From: a virus | IMG/VR virus record: IMGVR_UViG_3300028045_001344 | Location: 32,001 to 96,000 of that record | Length of the DNA: 64,000 nt | Strand: one strand, 5' to 3' | Shown: positions 1-8,922 of the stretch, in pieces | Layout of the letters: every line of letters begins with the position of its first letter | Position numbering within the stretch: position 1 is the first letter of the stretch | Translations under genes and position numbers: made by a program | The notes under the pieces: generated by a model | Database searches by the model: none | Seen by the model: the letters and a program-made list of their open reading frames with translations, nothing else | Told to the model about the DNA's origin: nothing

Positions 1-282
1 AGATGCCTTAAGACGAATCTTGAGTTTATCTTGGTTCTTATTATTTATCTCTCGTTGTTTGTCTTGCTCTGCTGGTGGCAAATCCTTATCTACTCCGCGA
101 TGGGCTGTCAGCATAACAAAGGGAATATTTTTATTTTCTATATTATCCTTTACCCGTGATAAAGTAGTTTCGTTAAGGTGCTGTTTTGTTGGCTTCTCTA
201 GCACTAGAGAGCCGTGGTCCGATAACGCATCGGTAGCCTCCACAACCATATTTTTTAAATCTGTTAAAGTTATTTTTTTCAT
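1..282 (-). CDS. hypothetical phage protein, 3' end outside window (MKKITLTDLKNMVVE...)
   Basis: Not in ORF track. Manually translated open frame from ATG at 282 to the window edge (94 codons, no stop), starting just after the GroES-like gene. N-terminus resembles the tag family described in findings. Confidence 0.6.
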   Translation of the reverse strand, partial: MKKITLTDLKNMVVEATDALSDHGSLVLEKPTKQHLNETTLSRVKDNIENKNIPFVMLTAHRGVDKDLPPAEQDKQREINNKNQDKLKIRLKAS

Positions 283-291
283 ACTTTTTCC

Positions 292-657
292 TTATTCATC
301 AATCACACCGACAACATAATTTTGATGAATGATGTTAAACGTGTTATCCTCAATTTTTATTTCTTCGATCATGGACTTGTCTACAACGAGTGAAGCATTT
401 CCGCTATTCTTTGCAGAGGTGGTAAATACGTCGTCCATCGTTCCTCTTTGTGTTGCCCAAGTGGGCTGATCGGGATTAAGATCTCTTAAGAACAAATCGC
501 AATCTTTCGCCGCGCAGACAAACTTAACTAAACCATATCTTTCCTGCTCGCCGAGGCTCGCGCCATCAGGAATCAGAACAGGGCTCAAATCTGGTTTTTT
601 TACCTGCGGTATTTTTTGGACAAGCAAGTGTTTATTAAATGGCTTGAACTTACACAC
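292..657 (-). CDS. GroES-like co-chaperonin (T4 gp31-type)
   Basis: N-terminal FKPFNKHLLVQ and C-terminal IIHQNYVVGVI match the GroES pattern (lkPLxDrVlv ... ilrexDIlav); small size. Confidence 0.65.
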   Translation of the reverse strand: MCKFKPFNKHLLVQKIPQVKKPDLSPVLIPDGASLGEQERYGLVKFVCAAKDCDLFLRDLNPDQPTWATQRGTMDDVFTTSAKNSGNASLVVDKSMIEEIKIEDNTFNIIHQNYVVGVIDE

Positions 658-910
658 CGGGCATTTCCTTCTTTACGATTTCCATAAAAGTGCCTAGGTC
701 GTCTAAATCTACCTTTGTCTTCACAGCGTTATAGGCTTTTTTGACTAATGAAATCTCATTATTAGTAAGCCATTGGTTTTCAATATATTCCGTGCGCAAG
801 TCCTTACGCTGATCTTGAAAGGGCTGGATTGCTCCATCGATGGCGCGATAAGATTTGATGAGATCCGTCACGCGCTTTTTCTTTTCTTCTGTAATTGTTA
901 TTGTTGCCAT
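650..910 (-). CDS. small helical protein, possibly DsbA/GapR-like dsDNA-binding protein
   Basis: 86 aa, helical and charged, in the replication operon; family resemblance is weak. Confidence 0.35.
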   Translation of the reverse strand: MATITITEEKKKRVTDLIKSYRAIDGAIQPFQDQRKDLRTEYIENQWLTNNEISLVKKAYNAVKTKVDLDDLGTFMEIVKKEMPGV

Positions 911-927
911 TTTATTTCCTTTTTAGT

Positions 928-2790
928 TTAGATAAATTTAACTTCACATGCGCCACCGGCACATGCTACTTCACCAGACAAATTAGTATTGTCATCCACT
1001 TCTATAATCTTGGTTAAGTCAATCTCCTTTAATGAATCGATCATACTATTGTATGTAGCCTCATCACAGTCTTCAAATGGTGCCTGGACATAGTTTCCGC
1101 CGCTAAACGGAAGGACAGATAGTCCATTATAAAATTCACGATTCTTCCACATCCATTCGCCCACCTCATCCCATTCATGATCTTTGATAGAAACTGTAGC
1201 ACTAATGTTATGGGTATTGTTTCCTGAATTGTGACCCGGACGAATCCATTTCTCTGAAAATCCTTTCACTCGTTGCAAGAGTTGTAGGGCCGTTTCATCA
1301 CGTAAGATTGCACCTTCGGGGGCTTTTTGAGGGACCGAAATCACGGCTGTGTCGTGTGGTCTGAAATATTCATCCTCTACTAACTCTGGATGATTGGCTG
1401 ACAGGTAATGATAAATATCTTCGTTCTTTCCGACACGCAAGCGACGAATATAATAATCACTATGCCATGCGTGTATCCCACTAGAACAGCCAAGCACAAT
1501 AGAAGAAGTTCCGGCTGGCTTGATGGTGGTTACTCTTGCGGCGGATCGAATACCAATCAACTCGGCAACTTTTTTGTTTTCCTCTACTGCAATTTGTGCA
1601 GCTTCTTCAAGATCAAATTCCTGTACTTTGCCAGAGCCAACGCCGGTCATACTCACTCCAACTAATGCTTCACGCTCTGTGGTGCGTTGCCAAACAGATC
1701 TCAAATAATGAAACTGTGTATATCCAGCCTGAAGCGTTCCCAGGAAAGATGCTGCTCGCACTCGCTCATTTAAATCTTCTTGACTCGTTACATCGGAAAC
1801 GTTTACTTCACAAAGATTGCAGAACTGAAAAGGTCGTAAGGCAATTTCGCAACAAGGATTAGTTCCCCAATCCTTATCATTAGTAAAATAAATTCCTGGT
1901 TCTCCTGAGTTAGAAAGTTGTATGCGTTGCCAGAGTTCTTTAAAAAATTTCTTGCGTATGCGATGTCTTACAAGAGAGGCACTGTTGTTCGCTCTAGCCC
2001 GTTGGGGATTTGTCTCCCACCAACTACCAGACTTACAGGAAATCATTTCTTTATCGTCCGCTGAAAACAAACTAATAAGAGCAGCACGTCTTATTCCCCC
2101 TGCCAAAACTGCGTCTGCGATGTGGCAAACAATATCATGAACTTCAATGGGCTCAAGCTGATCACCGTCGAGCTTCTCATTTAAAATTCCTTTAATCTGG
2201 CGGATACACGTCTTGAGTGGTTCTGGACCAGGAGCTTTGCCACCAGAAGTTACAAGCTTTGCACCCTTGGATCTAATATCGCTAAAGTCAAAATCTATTG
2301 TGGAGGTTCCCTCAAAATAAGAGCGCATCAATACTTTAACAGCATCAGCCCATCCCTCGATAGAGTCACCAACTAAAAAACGGCGCTTACGATCTTCTCG
2401 GGGCTTGCGGATCTCTGGTAGCTTTTCTACATGATGTTTTTGTACTGAAAAGCCAACACCAGTTCCGCCTAAAAGCAAAAAAAGAATTTCACTAAAAGCT
2501 CGCCAATCATCGACAGGCAAATAGCCACAGTTATAAATACGGTTAGGGCTAATTTCAATTGACTTCCCCGCGAACTGCATTGAACGCATAGAGGGAAGAA
2601 CCTTCCTGTCTTCCACATATTTGTATGCCGCATCTATTTCTCCATTAAGCATCGTATATTTTTTCCGATGCATTTCTTTATTTCTTCCAACAAGTTCCTT
2701 CCAGTTTTCTCTACGATTTTTTTCCTCCATATGTTTCGCATATTTCATAAAGACAGTTATGTCTGATAAGATCTTGCTTGAGATGTCCAT
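928..2790 (-). CDS. nrdJ: class II (adenosylcobalamin-dependent) ribonucleotide reductase
   Basis: TNPCCEIAL active site, FCNLCEV, TIKPAGT, C-terminal ACAGGACE redox pair; no class I small subunit adjacent. Confidence 0.93.
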   Translation of the reverse strand: MDISSKILSDITVFMKYAKHMEEKNRRENWKELVGRNKEMHRKKYTMLNGEIDAAYKYVEDRKVLPSMRSMQFAGKSIEISPNRIYNCGYLPVDDWRAFSEILFLLLGGTGVGFSVQKHHVEKLPEIRKPREDRKRRFLVGDSIEGWADAVKVLMRSYFEGTSTIDFDFSDIRSKGAKLVTSGGKAPGPEPLKTCIRQIKGILNEKLDGDQLEPIEVHDIVCHIADAVLAGGIRRAALISLFSADDKEMISCKSGSWWETNPQRARANNSASLVRHRIRKKFFKELWQRIQLSNSGEPGIYFTNDKDWGTNPCCEIALRPFQFCNLCEVNVSDVTSQEDLNERVRAASFLGTLQAGYTQFHYLRSVWQRTTEREALVGVSMTGVGSGKVQEFDLEEAAQIAVEENKKVAELIGIRSAARVTTIKPAGTSSIVLGCSSGIHAWHSDYYIRRLRVGKNEDIYHYLSANHPELVEDEYFRPHDTAVISVPQKAPEGAILRDETALQLLQRVKGFSEKWIRPGHNSGNNTHNISATVSIKDHEWDEVGEWMWKNREFYNGLSVLPFSGGNYVQAPFEDCDEATYNSMIDSLKEIDLTKIIEVDDNTNLSGEVACAGGACEVKFI

Positions 2791-2792
2791 TT

Positions 2793-4169
2793 TTAATTCG
2801 TCCCCTTTATTAGTTTTTTGTATTTGTCTAGCATAAATTTAACTTGTTCTTCATTTGAAAGTGCCGGTGATGATGCCGCATCATTTTCATATTTACCCAA
2901 CACCTTAATATCGACATTTGCGGGGTCCATAAAGATAGAGAACACCAAGCCGTCAGCACCATTTCTATTCTTGGCAATATAAATTCTTCCACCATTTGTT
3001 TGCTTATCCTCTGATGTTCTTGAAACAGAAAAGATAAAGTCCGCGATGAAGCATTTATTGAAAGCCTCAGATATTGCTTGCATGGTGATAATTTCTTGGT
3101 TGAGCCCTGTTCGGTTAGTTTGAGAAGCTGTCCACCCAACACAATTATTTTCTTGCATAAGTGCGCGGAGGTCTTCATAGATCGTTTCTAGTTCTTCTCT
3201 CTTTTCTTTACGCGCAGACAATGTGCGTAACAGATCCGCATAATCAACAATAATCATGTCTGGAATAGTGCCTTGTTGTTTAAGTTTTTCCAGATGAGCG
3301 CGAATTGTATTGGTGGTAGCTGTTTTCGTGGGATACTCTTTTATAATCAAGCTTCCATCTAAACCATCTAAAGTTTTCTTGATGTCCACTTTACGATCCT
3401 TGACTTCGTTCAAGCGAATTCCTGTGATACACGAATCATAACGACCAGCGATGACAGTATCACCCAACTCAAGCGTGTAATGCACCACGGTCATTCCGGC
3501 TTTCACGGCAGTCGCGCCAAGATGAACTAAGACCATTGACTTTCCCACACCAGTAGGAGCGATTACGACACCCAATTCTTTGCGACCACCACCACCCCCG
3601 GTGATCTGATCTACTTTTTCCCATCCCGTCGTGATTGTTTCGCGGGTACTAAGTTCAAATCTTTTTTCAAAATCTTTGATATAATCGTAACCAAAATCTG
3701 CATTTGCACCAGCCTTCAACGCATCATTTATGAGTACAGAAATCTCATCAAAAGAGCATTTTTGGAGGAGTGTAGACGATTTTATCATCGCCTCTCGTAA
3801 CTTCTGCTTACGGCAGAATTCCAAAGCGGTGTCTTTTACAAATTCGGCTGATTGTAATATGGTAATATCAGATAAGACATGAGCAAAATACTCTCTTATT
3901 TGTTTCTGAAGTGTTTCATTTTCGTCTTCTATTTGAGAACGAACAATCGTCTTCATTATTTCAGTTGATGGTTGGGTTCCGTATTTTGTTTTGTAGTTGA
4001 ATATTTTTTGAACAAAAACTTGCAGATGCTTGAATTCTAAAAACTCAACATCCAATACTTCTACCATGCGATCAGCAAAGACGCGATCATCTAATATAAG
4101 AAAGGCTAGTTTTTCCTGAAAGGATTTACCATATTTTGAAAATGAGGCGGGGTCGGTTTTTAAGGTCAT
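2793..4169 (-). CDS. dnaB: replicative DNA helicase (DnaB/gp41-like)
   Basis: Walker A APTGVGKS, YTLEL, IIVDYADLL, TASQTNR, IAKNRNG motifs. Confidence 0.92.
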   Translation of the reverse strand: MTLKTDPASFSKYGKSFQEKLAFLILDDRVFADRMVEVLDVEFLEFKHLQVFVQKIFNYKTKYGTQPSTEIMKTIVRSQIEDENETLQKQIREYFAHVLSDITILQSAEFVKDTALEFCRKQKLREAMIKSSTLLQKCSFDEISVLINDALKAGANADFGYDYIKDFEKRFELSTRETITTGWEKVDQITGGGGGRKELGVVIAPTGVGKSMVLVHLGATAVKAGMTVVHYTLELGDTVIAGRYDSCITGIRLNEVKDRKVDIKKTLDGLDGSLIIKEYPTKTATTNTIRAHLEKLKQQGTIPDMIIVDYADLLRTLSARKEKREELETIYEDLRALMQENNCVGWTASQTNRTGLNQEIITMQAISEAFNKCFIADFIFSVSRTSEDKQTNGGRIYIAKNRNGADGLVFSIFMDPANVDIKVLGKYENDAASSPALSNEEQVKFMLDKYKKLIKGTN

Positions 4170-4198
4170 TGTAAGTCTCGATTCCTGAATATTCTGTA

Positions 4199-4227
4199 AG
4201 TGTATAAGAGTGGTTCAAAAGTGTCAA
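4199..4227 (-). promoter_or_regulatory. sigma70-type promoter upstream of helicase (TTGACA-N17-TACACT)
   Basis: Perfect -35 box, 17 nt spacer and near-consensus -10 box in the intergenic gap before the helicase. Confidence 0.65.
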
Positions 4228-4233
4228 GTCTTA

Positions 4234-5217
4234 TTAAGTGCCACGGAGTAAATAGTCTCGGTGGTCGGCAAGAAACGATCTAAATTTCTGAAATAATGGA
4301 TTCCAGTTGTATTCATGTATGCCATCAGTCGCCATCATTTTTAACACTTCGGTTCTATTGAGGGTAGGGGCAAACTGTTCTACTGTGTCTTTTATATGTA
4401 GTGAATTTTTAACAGAAATAGAGGGAGAATAAAGTTGCATTAATTTATAATTTAGTTCCACCTTTTTCTTCTCCTTTAAAATATCTTTATATAATTTGAG
4501 CCCAGTCTCATCACTTCTGCAATACTTAAACACCTCGTCGGGAGTATAAGATTTTTCTTCCCGCAAGAAACTTAATTTTTTAGATATTGTCTTCATGCCC
4601 GCGCCCTTTATGCCCGGTAAGTTATCAGACTTGTCACCATCAATGGCTCGGGCAAGCGCGAAATTGTTAGGATGAATATCAAACTCCTCAAGGATTCGAT
4701 TCTTGTTTAAGAAGATGTCCTTGATCGGTTTATACACCAGCGTCTTGTCGTCACACAGTTGATAAAAATCTTTGTCCATAGACACAATAATCTTTATGTC
4801 TTCTTTGAGTGAAGGCATATGACAAATGTATCCTATCACATCGTCAGCCTCAATGTCTTCTACCATCAATTGTGCGACGGGCATCTTGTTAAGATACTCA
4901 ATTGTGCGCTTCATTTGATCATAACGATTTTGTGTTTCTTCTAGAGCATCCATACCGCTATAGGCTCGGTTTAGTTTGAGTGGCTTGCGCCCTTCTTTGT
5001 ATTGCTTCGCCAAGGTTCTGCGCTTGGCACTACCACCTCCACCATCCCAAACAACAATTATCTTATCTGGATTTATCTCTCGTGCTGTCTTTTGTAAGGA
5101 CATCAAGAAACCTTTCGTTCCACCAATGGGTGATCCCGTCGCACTAATGCTAGGGTTCATAACATAGTTGCGAATGAATGTATTCATCGCGTCAATGATT
5201 AAGATTTTATTCGCCAT
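4234..5217 (-). CDS. 5'-3' exonuclease / flap endonuclease (T4 RNase H-like)
   Basis: IIDAMN, VVWDGG, YKEGR, EADDVIG, SMDKDFYQL, GDKSDNLPGIKGAG motifs. Confidence 0.92.
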   Translation of the reverse strand: MANKILIIDAMNTFIRNYVMNPSISATGSPIGGTKGFLMSLQKTAREINPDKIIVVWDGGGGSAKRRTLAKQYKEGRKPLKLNRAYSGMDALEETQNRYDQMKRTIEYLNKMPVAQLMVEDIEADDVIGYICHMPSLKEDIKIIVSMDKDFYQLCDDKTLVYKPIKDIFLNKNRILEEFDIHPNNFALARAIDGDKSDNLPGIKGAGMKTISKKLSFLREEKSYTPDEVFKYCRSDETGLKLYKDILKEKKKVELNYKLMQLYSPSISVKNSLHIKDTVEQFAPTLNRTEVLKMMATDGIHEYNWNPLFQKFRSFLADHRDYLLRGT

Positions 5218-5600
5218 CGCGCTTCGACCTTGTTGAAATTATCGGGGAAATGCTTCTTTAGAAACCTAAGCATCTGACCCGTGTTACGACTCACTGCTTG
5301 TACGTCAAGAGCAGAGTTCTCTGTATTATAAGAAAAAACCATCTGTTTGTTGAGAGTGAGGAAGGAGCCATCCATAAAATATAGCCTGATCATACTATGC
5401 TTGTCCCATAAATTTGGCGCAAATGGGCCGGGGCACAATTCTTTCACCTTATTTAGTAGATCTTTCTTCTCCTTCATTTCACGCCAAACTTCTTGCTCTA
5501 CTCTGCGCGTGTTATGTTCAAGGAGAGCATCCGTTTTCTCTATCCGTCGTTGCTTGGTTCTGTCATCGAGAACAAATTTTGCCCAACTAGGAATGGTCAT
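5199..5600 (-). CDS. hypothetical protein
   Basis: 133 aa ORF overlapping both neighbours in operon fashion. Confidence 0.6.
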   Translation of the reverse strand: MTIPSWAKFVLDDRTKQRRIEKTDALLEHNTRRVEQEVWREMKEKKDLLNKVKELCPGPFAPNLWDKHSMIRLYFMDGSFLTLNKQMVFSYNTENSALDVQAVSRNTGQMLRFLKKHFPDNFNKVEARWRIKS

Positions 5601-6723
5601 TTTGCTTTACCCCCTCAACATCATCACCATAAAAGTCTTCTGACTTGCCGGTCTTGGTTTCAAATTTACGAATAACTTCTTCATCCATAATATCATAAAC
5701 AAGTTTGGCAAACTTTTCGTCGGTCTGCATTAGCTTAGGGAAGGTTGCGCCTTGGAATTTCTTATCGTATCCATCAAGCGTAAACCACGCTCCACTATTC
5801 TTTAACTTGTCCGATGTTTTGATCGCAGTCAACAAGGATTCATCATTGAGGATACCAACATCCTCGCCTCCCCATAGAATTTTAAAGTTACAGATGCGAC
5901 CCTGTGTTCCAAACTTGGATTTCTCTAGCTTGGCTTTCACTTCGCTGCCGATTCTAAAACCTGCTTCATCTTCTACAAAGGTCTTCTTTCCTTTTAGACC
6001 CGTGAGCCATATTCTTAATGAATAGGCATAGATCATAGCCTTACCACCAGGAGTAAACCAGGGTTGCGAAAGCATCATCATTGGGTTAGAGACATTAATA
6101 TTTGTCTTGAGTTGGTTCAGGACCAACAAGGTTGATTGTGTTCTCGATAAGGACACCACCAATTTCTTCATACCCAAAGATAGAACGCGAGGCATTTGTG
6201 CCATAGAAGATTGGGGATTGAAATCCTTTTCCAGATCCGCACGACATGGAGTCATCGCGAGTGAGTCAATAATAAATAAGAAACGAGTGTCGGGATCACC
6301 AGCCATAACGGTTTCCATTGATTCCAATACCTGCTCAATATCATCAGGCTGGATTATGATAACACTATCCTCGCCATCTACAGTGCAACCAAGTTTCTCT
6401 AAAAACTCTTTGCTCATTGTAGATTCAGAATCAAAGTAGAGAACTTTAATATTCTTCTTCTGTGCTTCCCTCGCTACTTGTCCAGCCATATAAGACTTGC
6501 CTGAACTTTCTAAGCCAGCGATCTCGGTGCAGCGACCAACTGGGATACCTGCGAGTTGACCACGACAGGTAATGGAGTCGAGCCATCGTGAGCCTGTGGA
6601 GATCCAATCCTTTACATCAGCCGGATTCTCTTGATCGCCAGTAAACGCAATTGTTCTTCCCGCTTTTTTATTTATTAGTTTTAAAATATCTTTCGATGAT
6701 AAGTTTCCGTTGCTCATAATCAT
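5587..6723 (-). CDS. recA: RecA/UvsX recombinase (start probably 6723 rather than 6771)
   Basis: GLESSGKS Walker A, YFDSE, IIDSLA, LNQLK, TPGGKA. An AGGAGAG SD precedes the ATG at 6723, and the longer start runs through a terminator. Confidence 0.93.
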   Translation of the reverse strand: MIMSNGNLSSKDILKLINKKAGRTIAFTGDQENPADVKDWISTGSRWLDSITCRGQLAGIPVGRCTEIAGLESSGKSYMAGQVAREAQKKNIKVLYFDSESTMSKEFLEKLGCTVDGEDSVIIIQPDDIEQVLESMETVMAGDPDTRFLFIIDSLAMTPCRADLEKDFNPQSSMAQMPRVLSLGMKKLVVSLSRTQSTLLVLNQLKTNINVSNPMMMLSQPWFTPGGKAMIYAYSLRIWLTGLKGKKTFVEDEAGFRIGSEVKAKLEKSKFGTQGRICNFKILWGGEDVGILNDESLLTAIKTSDKLKNSGAWFTLDGYDKKFQGATFPKLMQTDEKFAKLVYDIMDEEVIRKFETKTGKSEDFYGDDVEGVKQNDHS

Positions 6724-6735
6724 GCCCTCTCCTAC

Positions 6736-6796
6736 AAAAAAGAAAGCCCCGTGGCTCGATGAACAAACCAATAAACAAAAAAGTCACGGGGCTTTC
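6736..6796 (-). terminator. intrinsic terminator after SSB gene
   Basis: 12 bp perfect inverted repeat GAAAGCCCCGTG/CACGGGGCTTTC with a large loop, followed by a U-tract on the minus strand. Confidence 0.65.
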
Positions 6797-6818
6797 AAAA
6801 CCACTTAGGTTTTTTTAA

Positions 6819-7550
6819 CTACGCTGATAATTCCCGAATGGCATCATCAACACCGGAAGGCGCGGTGGCGCTAACAGCTTCCATCGTGCCGCCAGAAGGA
6901 TCAAGATACGATTCCAAAATCGCCTGAACCTCGGTGGTGGTTTTTTTGGTAAACAAAGCATCCACATCAGGAATTGAATCCAAAAGAGCCTTGATCTCGC
7001 CTTTAGGGGCAAGTGCAGAAGACTTACGTTTTGGAACCAAATTGGTCTGCGGAAATGCACCCTTAGTTTTCGGCAAAGTATAAGTCAATGTAAAATCAAC
7101 TCCTGTCTGTACCTCGGTGATGTCACCGTAATCAGGATTCAAGACATAACCAAGCAACGCTTCGTAAATTGTCTTTCCGTAACCCCAGATGCGAACACCC
7201 GCTTCTTCTTCACCACGCACAATTACGGGTGAGAAAAATCTCTGACGAACAAAAAGGCTCTTTGCCATTTTTTTGCTCTCATCAGTTCCCTCTTGCCATA
7301 GTTGTGAAGCGAATTCACAAACCGGACAACCGTCACCAAACTGCCGCTTGGGACACAACACACCACCACGAACATTATCACCTAAGTTATAATGAAAGTG
7401 GAAAACCTTGAACGGATCTCCATCCTCAGTTGGTACAAGTCGAATCTCTTGATCCCCCTCGGTTGGTCGCCAAAAAGCATTATCGCTTTTCTTTCCACCC
7501 GATTCGGATTCCTGTAGTTTCGCTCGCATCTTTGCTAAATCTAATGCCAT
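6819..7550 (-). CDS. single-stranded DNA-binding protein (gp32-like)
   Basis: FWRP...IRLVP, HFHY, CPK...CPVCE zinc ligands, WGYGKTIY, DYGDIT; acidic tail; adjacent to recA. Confidence 0.85.
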   Translation of the reverse strand: MALDLAKMRAKLQESESGGKKSDNAFWRPTEGDQEIRLVPTEDGDPFKVFHFHYNLGDNVRGGVLCPKRQFGDGCPVCEFASQLWQEGTDESKKMAKSLFVRQRFFSPVIVRGEEEAGVRIWGYGKTIYEALLGYVLNPDYGDITEVQTGVDFTLTYTLPKTKGAFPQTNLVPKRKSSALAPKGEIKALLDSIPDVDALFTKKTTTEVQAILESYLDPSGGTMEAVSATAPSGVDDAIRELSA

Positions 7551-7564
7551 TGTATTTTATCTCC

Positions 7565-8440
7565 TTAAGGTGAGGTCGGCAAATCTTCCGACCCCCCAAT
7601 TGTTTTTGTTTGCCCTTGAATGGCTGAAGTATGCGCGACACAATAAATGTAATCTTCATCATAATCAGTTTCAAAGATTCCGTATGAAACCCGCACATCG
7701 GCTTCCATTTTTCTCTTAAGAGAATTCTTTATCTCTCCGAACAAATTGTTTTCTGTTTCCAGTCTCATCTTGTTACAAGCATAATAGTATACCCGATCAC
7801 TCACGTTGTCAAGAGAAAAAAACATCTTATCTACATTTTTTTTTGGCTCCACAAATCCAATAGTAGAAATGCGGGTTCCAATAGGTAAAGAAGAAAAGGT
7901 GTCAGTCACAGGGGGAATGTGATTGAATACATTAATCATATGTAGTGAAGACACGATGGCTTCATTAAGACTAACATAGTGATTCTTCAAGGACGTAGGA
8001 GGTATTGCCCTCTCTACTAAAACGTTGTCCACAAGATAGAGTCGATCAAAAACACCAGATCGAGCATACTCTTGCAGGACATTGAAGACCAAGTTATTAA
8101 TTAATTTTCCTTGTGCTCCTAAAAAATCTTCTTCTGGCTTTATGTATAGCACACTAATGTTACAGTGTCGTAAATATTCTAAAAGAGAAAGTGATGTGAC
8201 GGAGGCTTTTCCGCCGCCGCCTACCACAAATAGAATATCCCCACTCACCCCTTCAAAAAACTTAGTCATATCCGGGCAATTCTTTTCATAATCTTCAATG
8301 TTTTGGCTCTCTTTTAGACTAAACGTATTGGCACTAGGCGACAAGCCTATGTCTATTTTATATGCCTTATATTGAGAATATTGAGCAAAGTTATCTGCGA
8401 TGGCGCAACCTGCTTTGCCTAGTCCGATTACTGTATCCAT
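7565..8440 (-). CDS. divergent tubulin/FtsZ-family protein
   Basis: T1 loop VIGLGKAGCAIA, degenerate signature VVGGGGKAS, YIKP, YLVDN, and N in helix H6 (LNEAI). Confidence 0.72.
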   Translation of the reverse strand: MDTVIGLGKAGCAIADNFAQYSQYKAYKIDIGLSPSANTFSLKESQNIEDYEKNCPDMTKFFEGVSGDILFVVGGGGKASVTSLSLLEYLRHCNISVLYIKPEEDFLGAQGKLINNLVFNVLQEYARSGVFDRLYLVDNVLVERAIPPTSLKNHYVSLNEAIVSSLHMINVFNHIPPVTDTFSSLPIGTRISTIGFVEPKKNVDKMFFSLDNVSDRVYYYACNKMRLETENNLFGEIKNSLKRKMEADVRVSYGIFETDYDEDYIYCVAHTSAIQGQTKTIGGSEDLPTSP

Positions 8441-8617
8441 TTACTTCTCTTTGGTTTCGCCGTATGACACCAGTTCAAACGTGGGGCTATTGCGATATCG
8501 CCCAACATGATTGGAAACCTTCTCGTTGAGCACAATCATTATTGCTTCTGGATCAGTGCTCACTAATGTAACTTCTTCGCCGTTTTCTATATAAACTAAT
8601 TTATATTTCTTGCTCAT
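8441..8617 (-). CDS. hypothetical protein (MSKKYKL...)
   Basis: ATGA overlap with the stop of the upstream gene. Confidence 0.5.
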   Translation of the reverse strand: MSKKYKLVYIENGEEVTLVSTDPEAIMIVLNEKVSNHVGRYRNSPTFELVSYGETKEK

Positions 8618-8922
8618 TCCGAAACCTCTTGTAAAACATAACGCCTCCAAAATCCTCCGCGTTTGCGGTTTTTGATAATCCGTGCCCCTTCAAGATCCCA
8701 TTTATTTATTTCAGCAATTGATAAAAGAACTTCCTGAATGTCCGCTAGTTCTTCTACGCATGGCTCCTCAAGAAACTCTTGAACTTCTTCTGTGAGTTTG
8801 TCCTTGAGTCTTTGTTGATAGTCGTCATTGACGGCTACATAAACTTTGCACTTCTTTCCCTGCTCATTAATAATCTCTGGGATCTTATCTCTCACAAGTT
8901 TGTTATATTTTTTTGTTGTCAT
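8614..8922 (-). CDS. MazG-like / phosphoribosyl-ATP pyrophosphohydrolase-like NTP pyrophosphatase
   Basis: YNKLVRDKIPEII, KLTEEVQEF, EELADIQEV, KRGGF pattern. Confidence 0.8.
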   Translation of the reverse strand: MTTKKYNKLVRDKIPEIINEQGKKCKVYVAVNDDYQQRLKDKLTEEVQEFLEEPCVEELADIQEVLLSIAEINKWDLEGARIIKNRKRGGFWRRYVLQEVSE

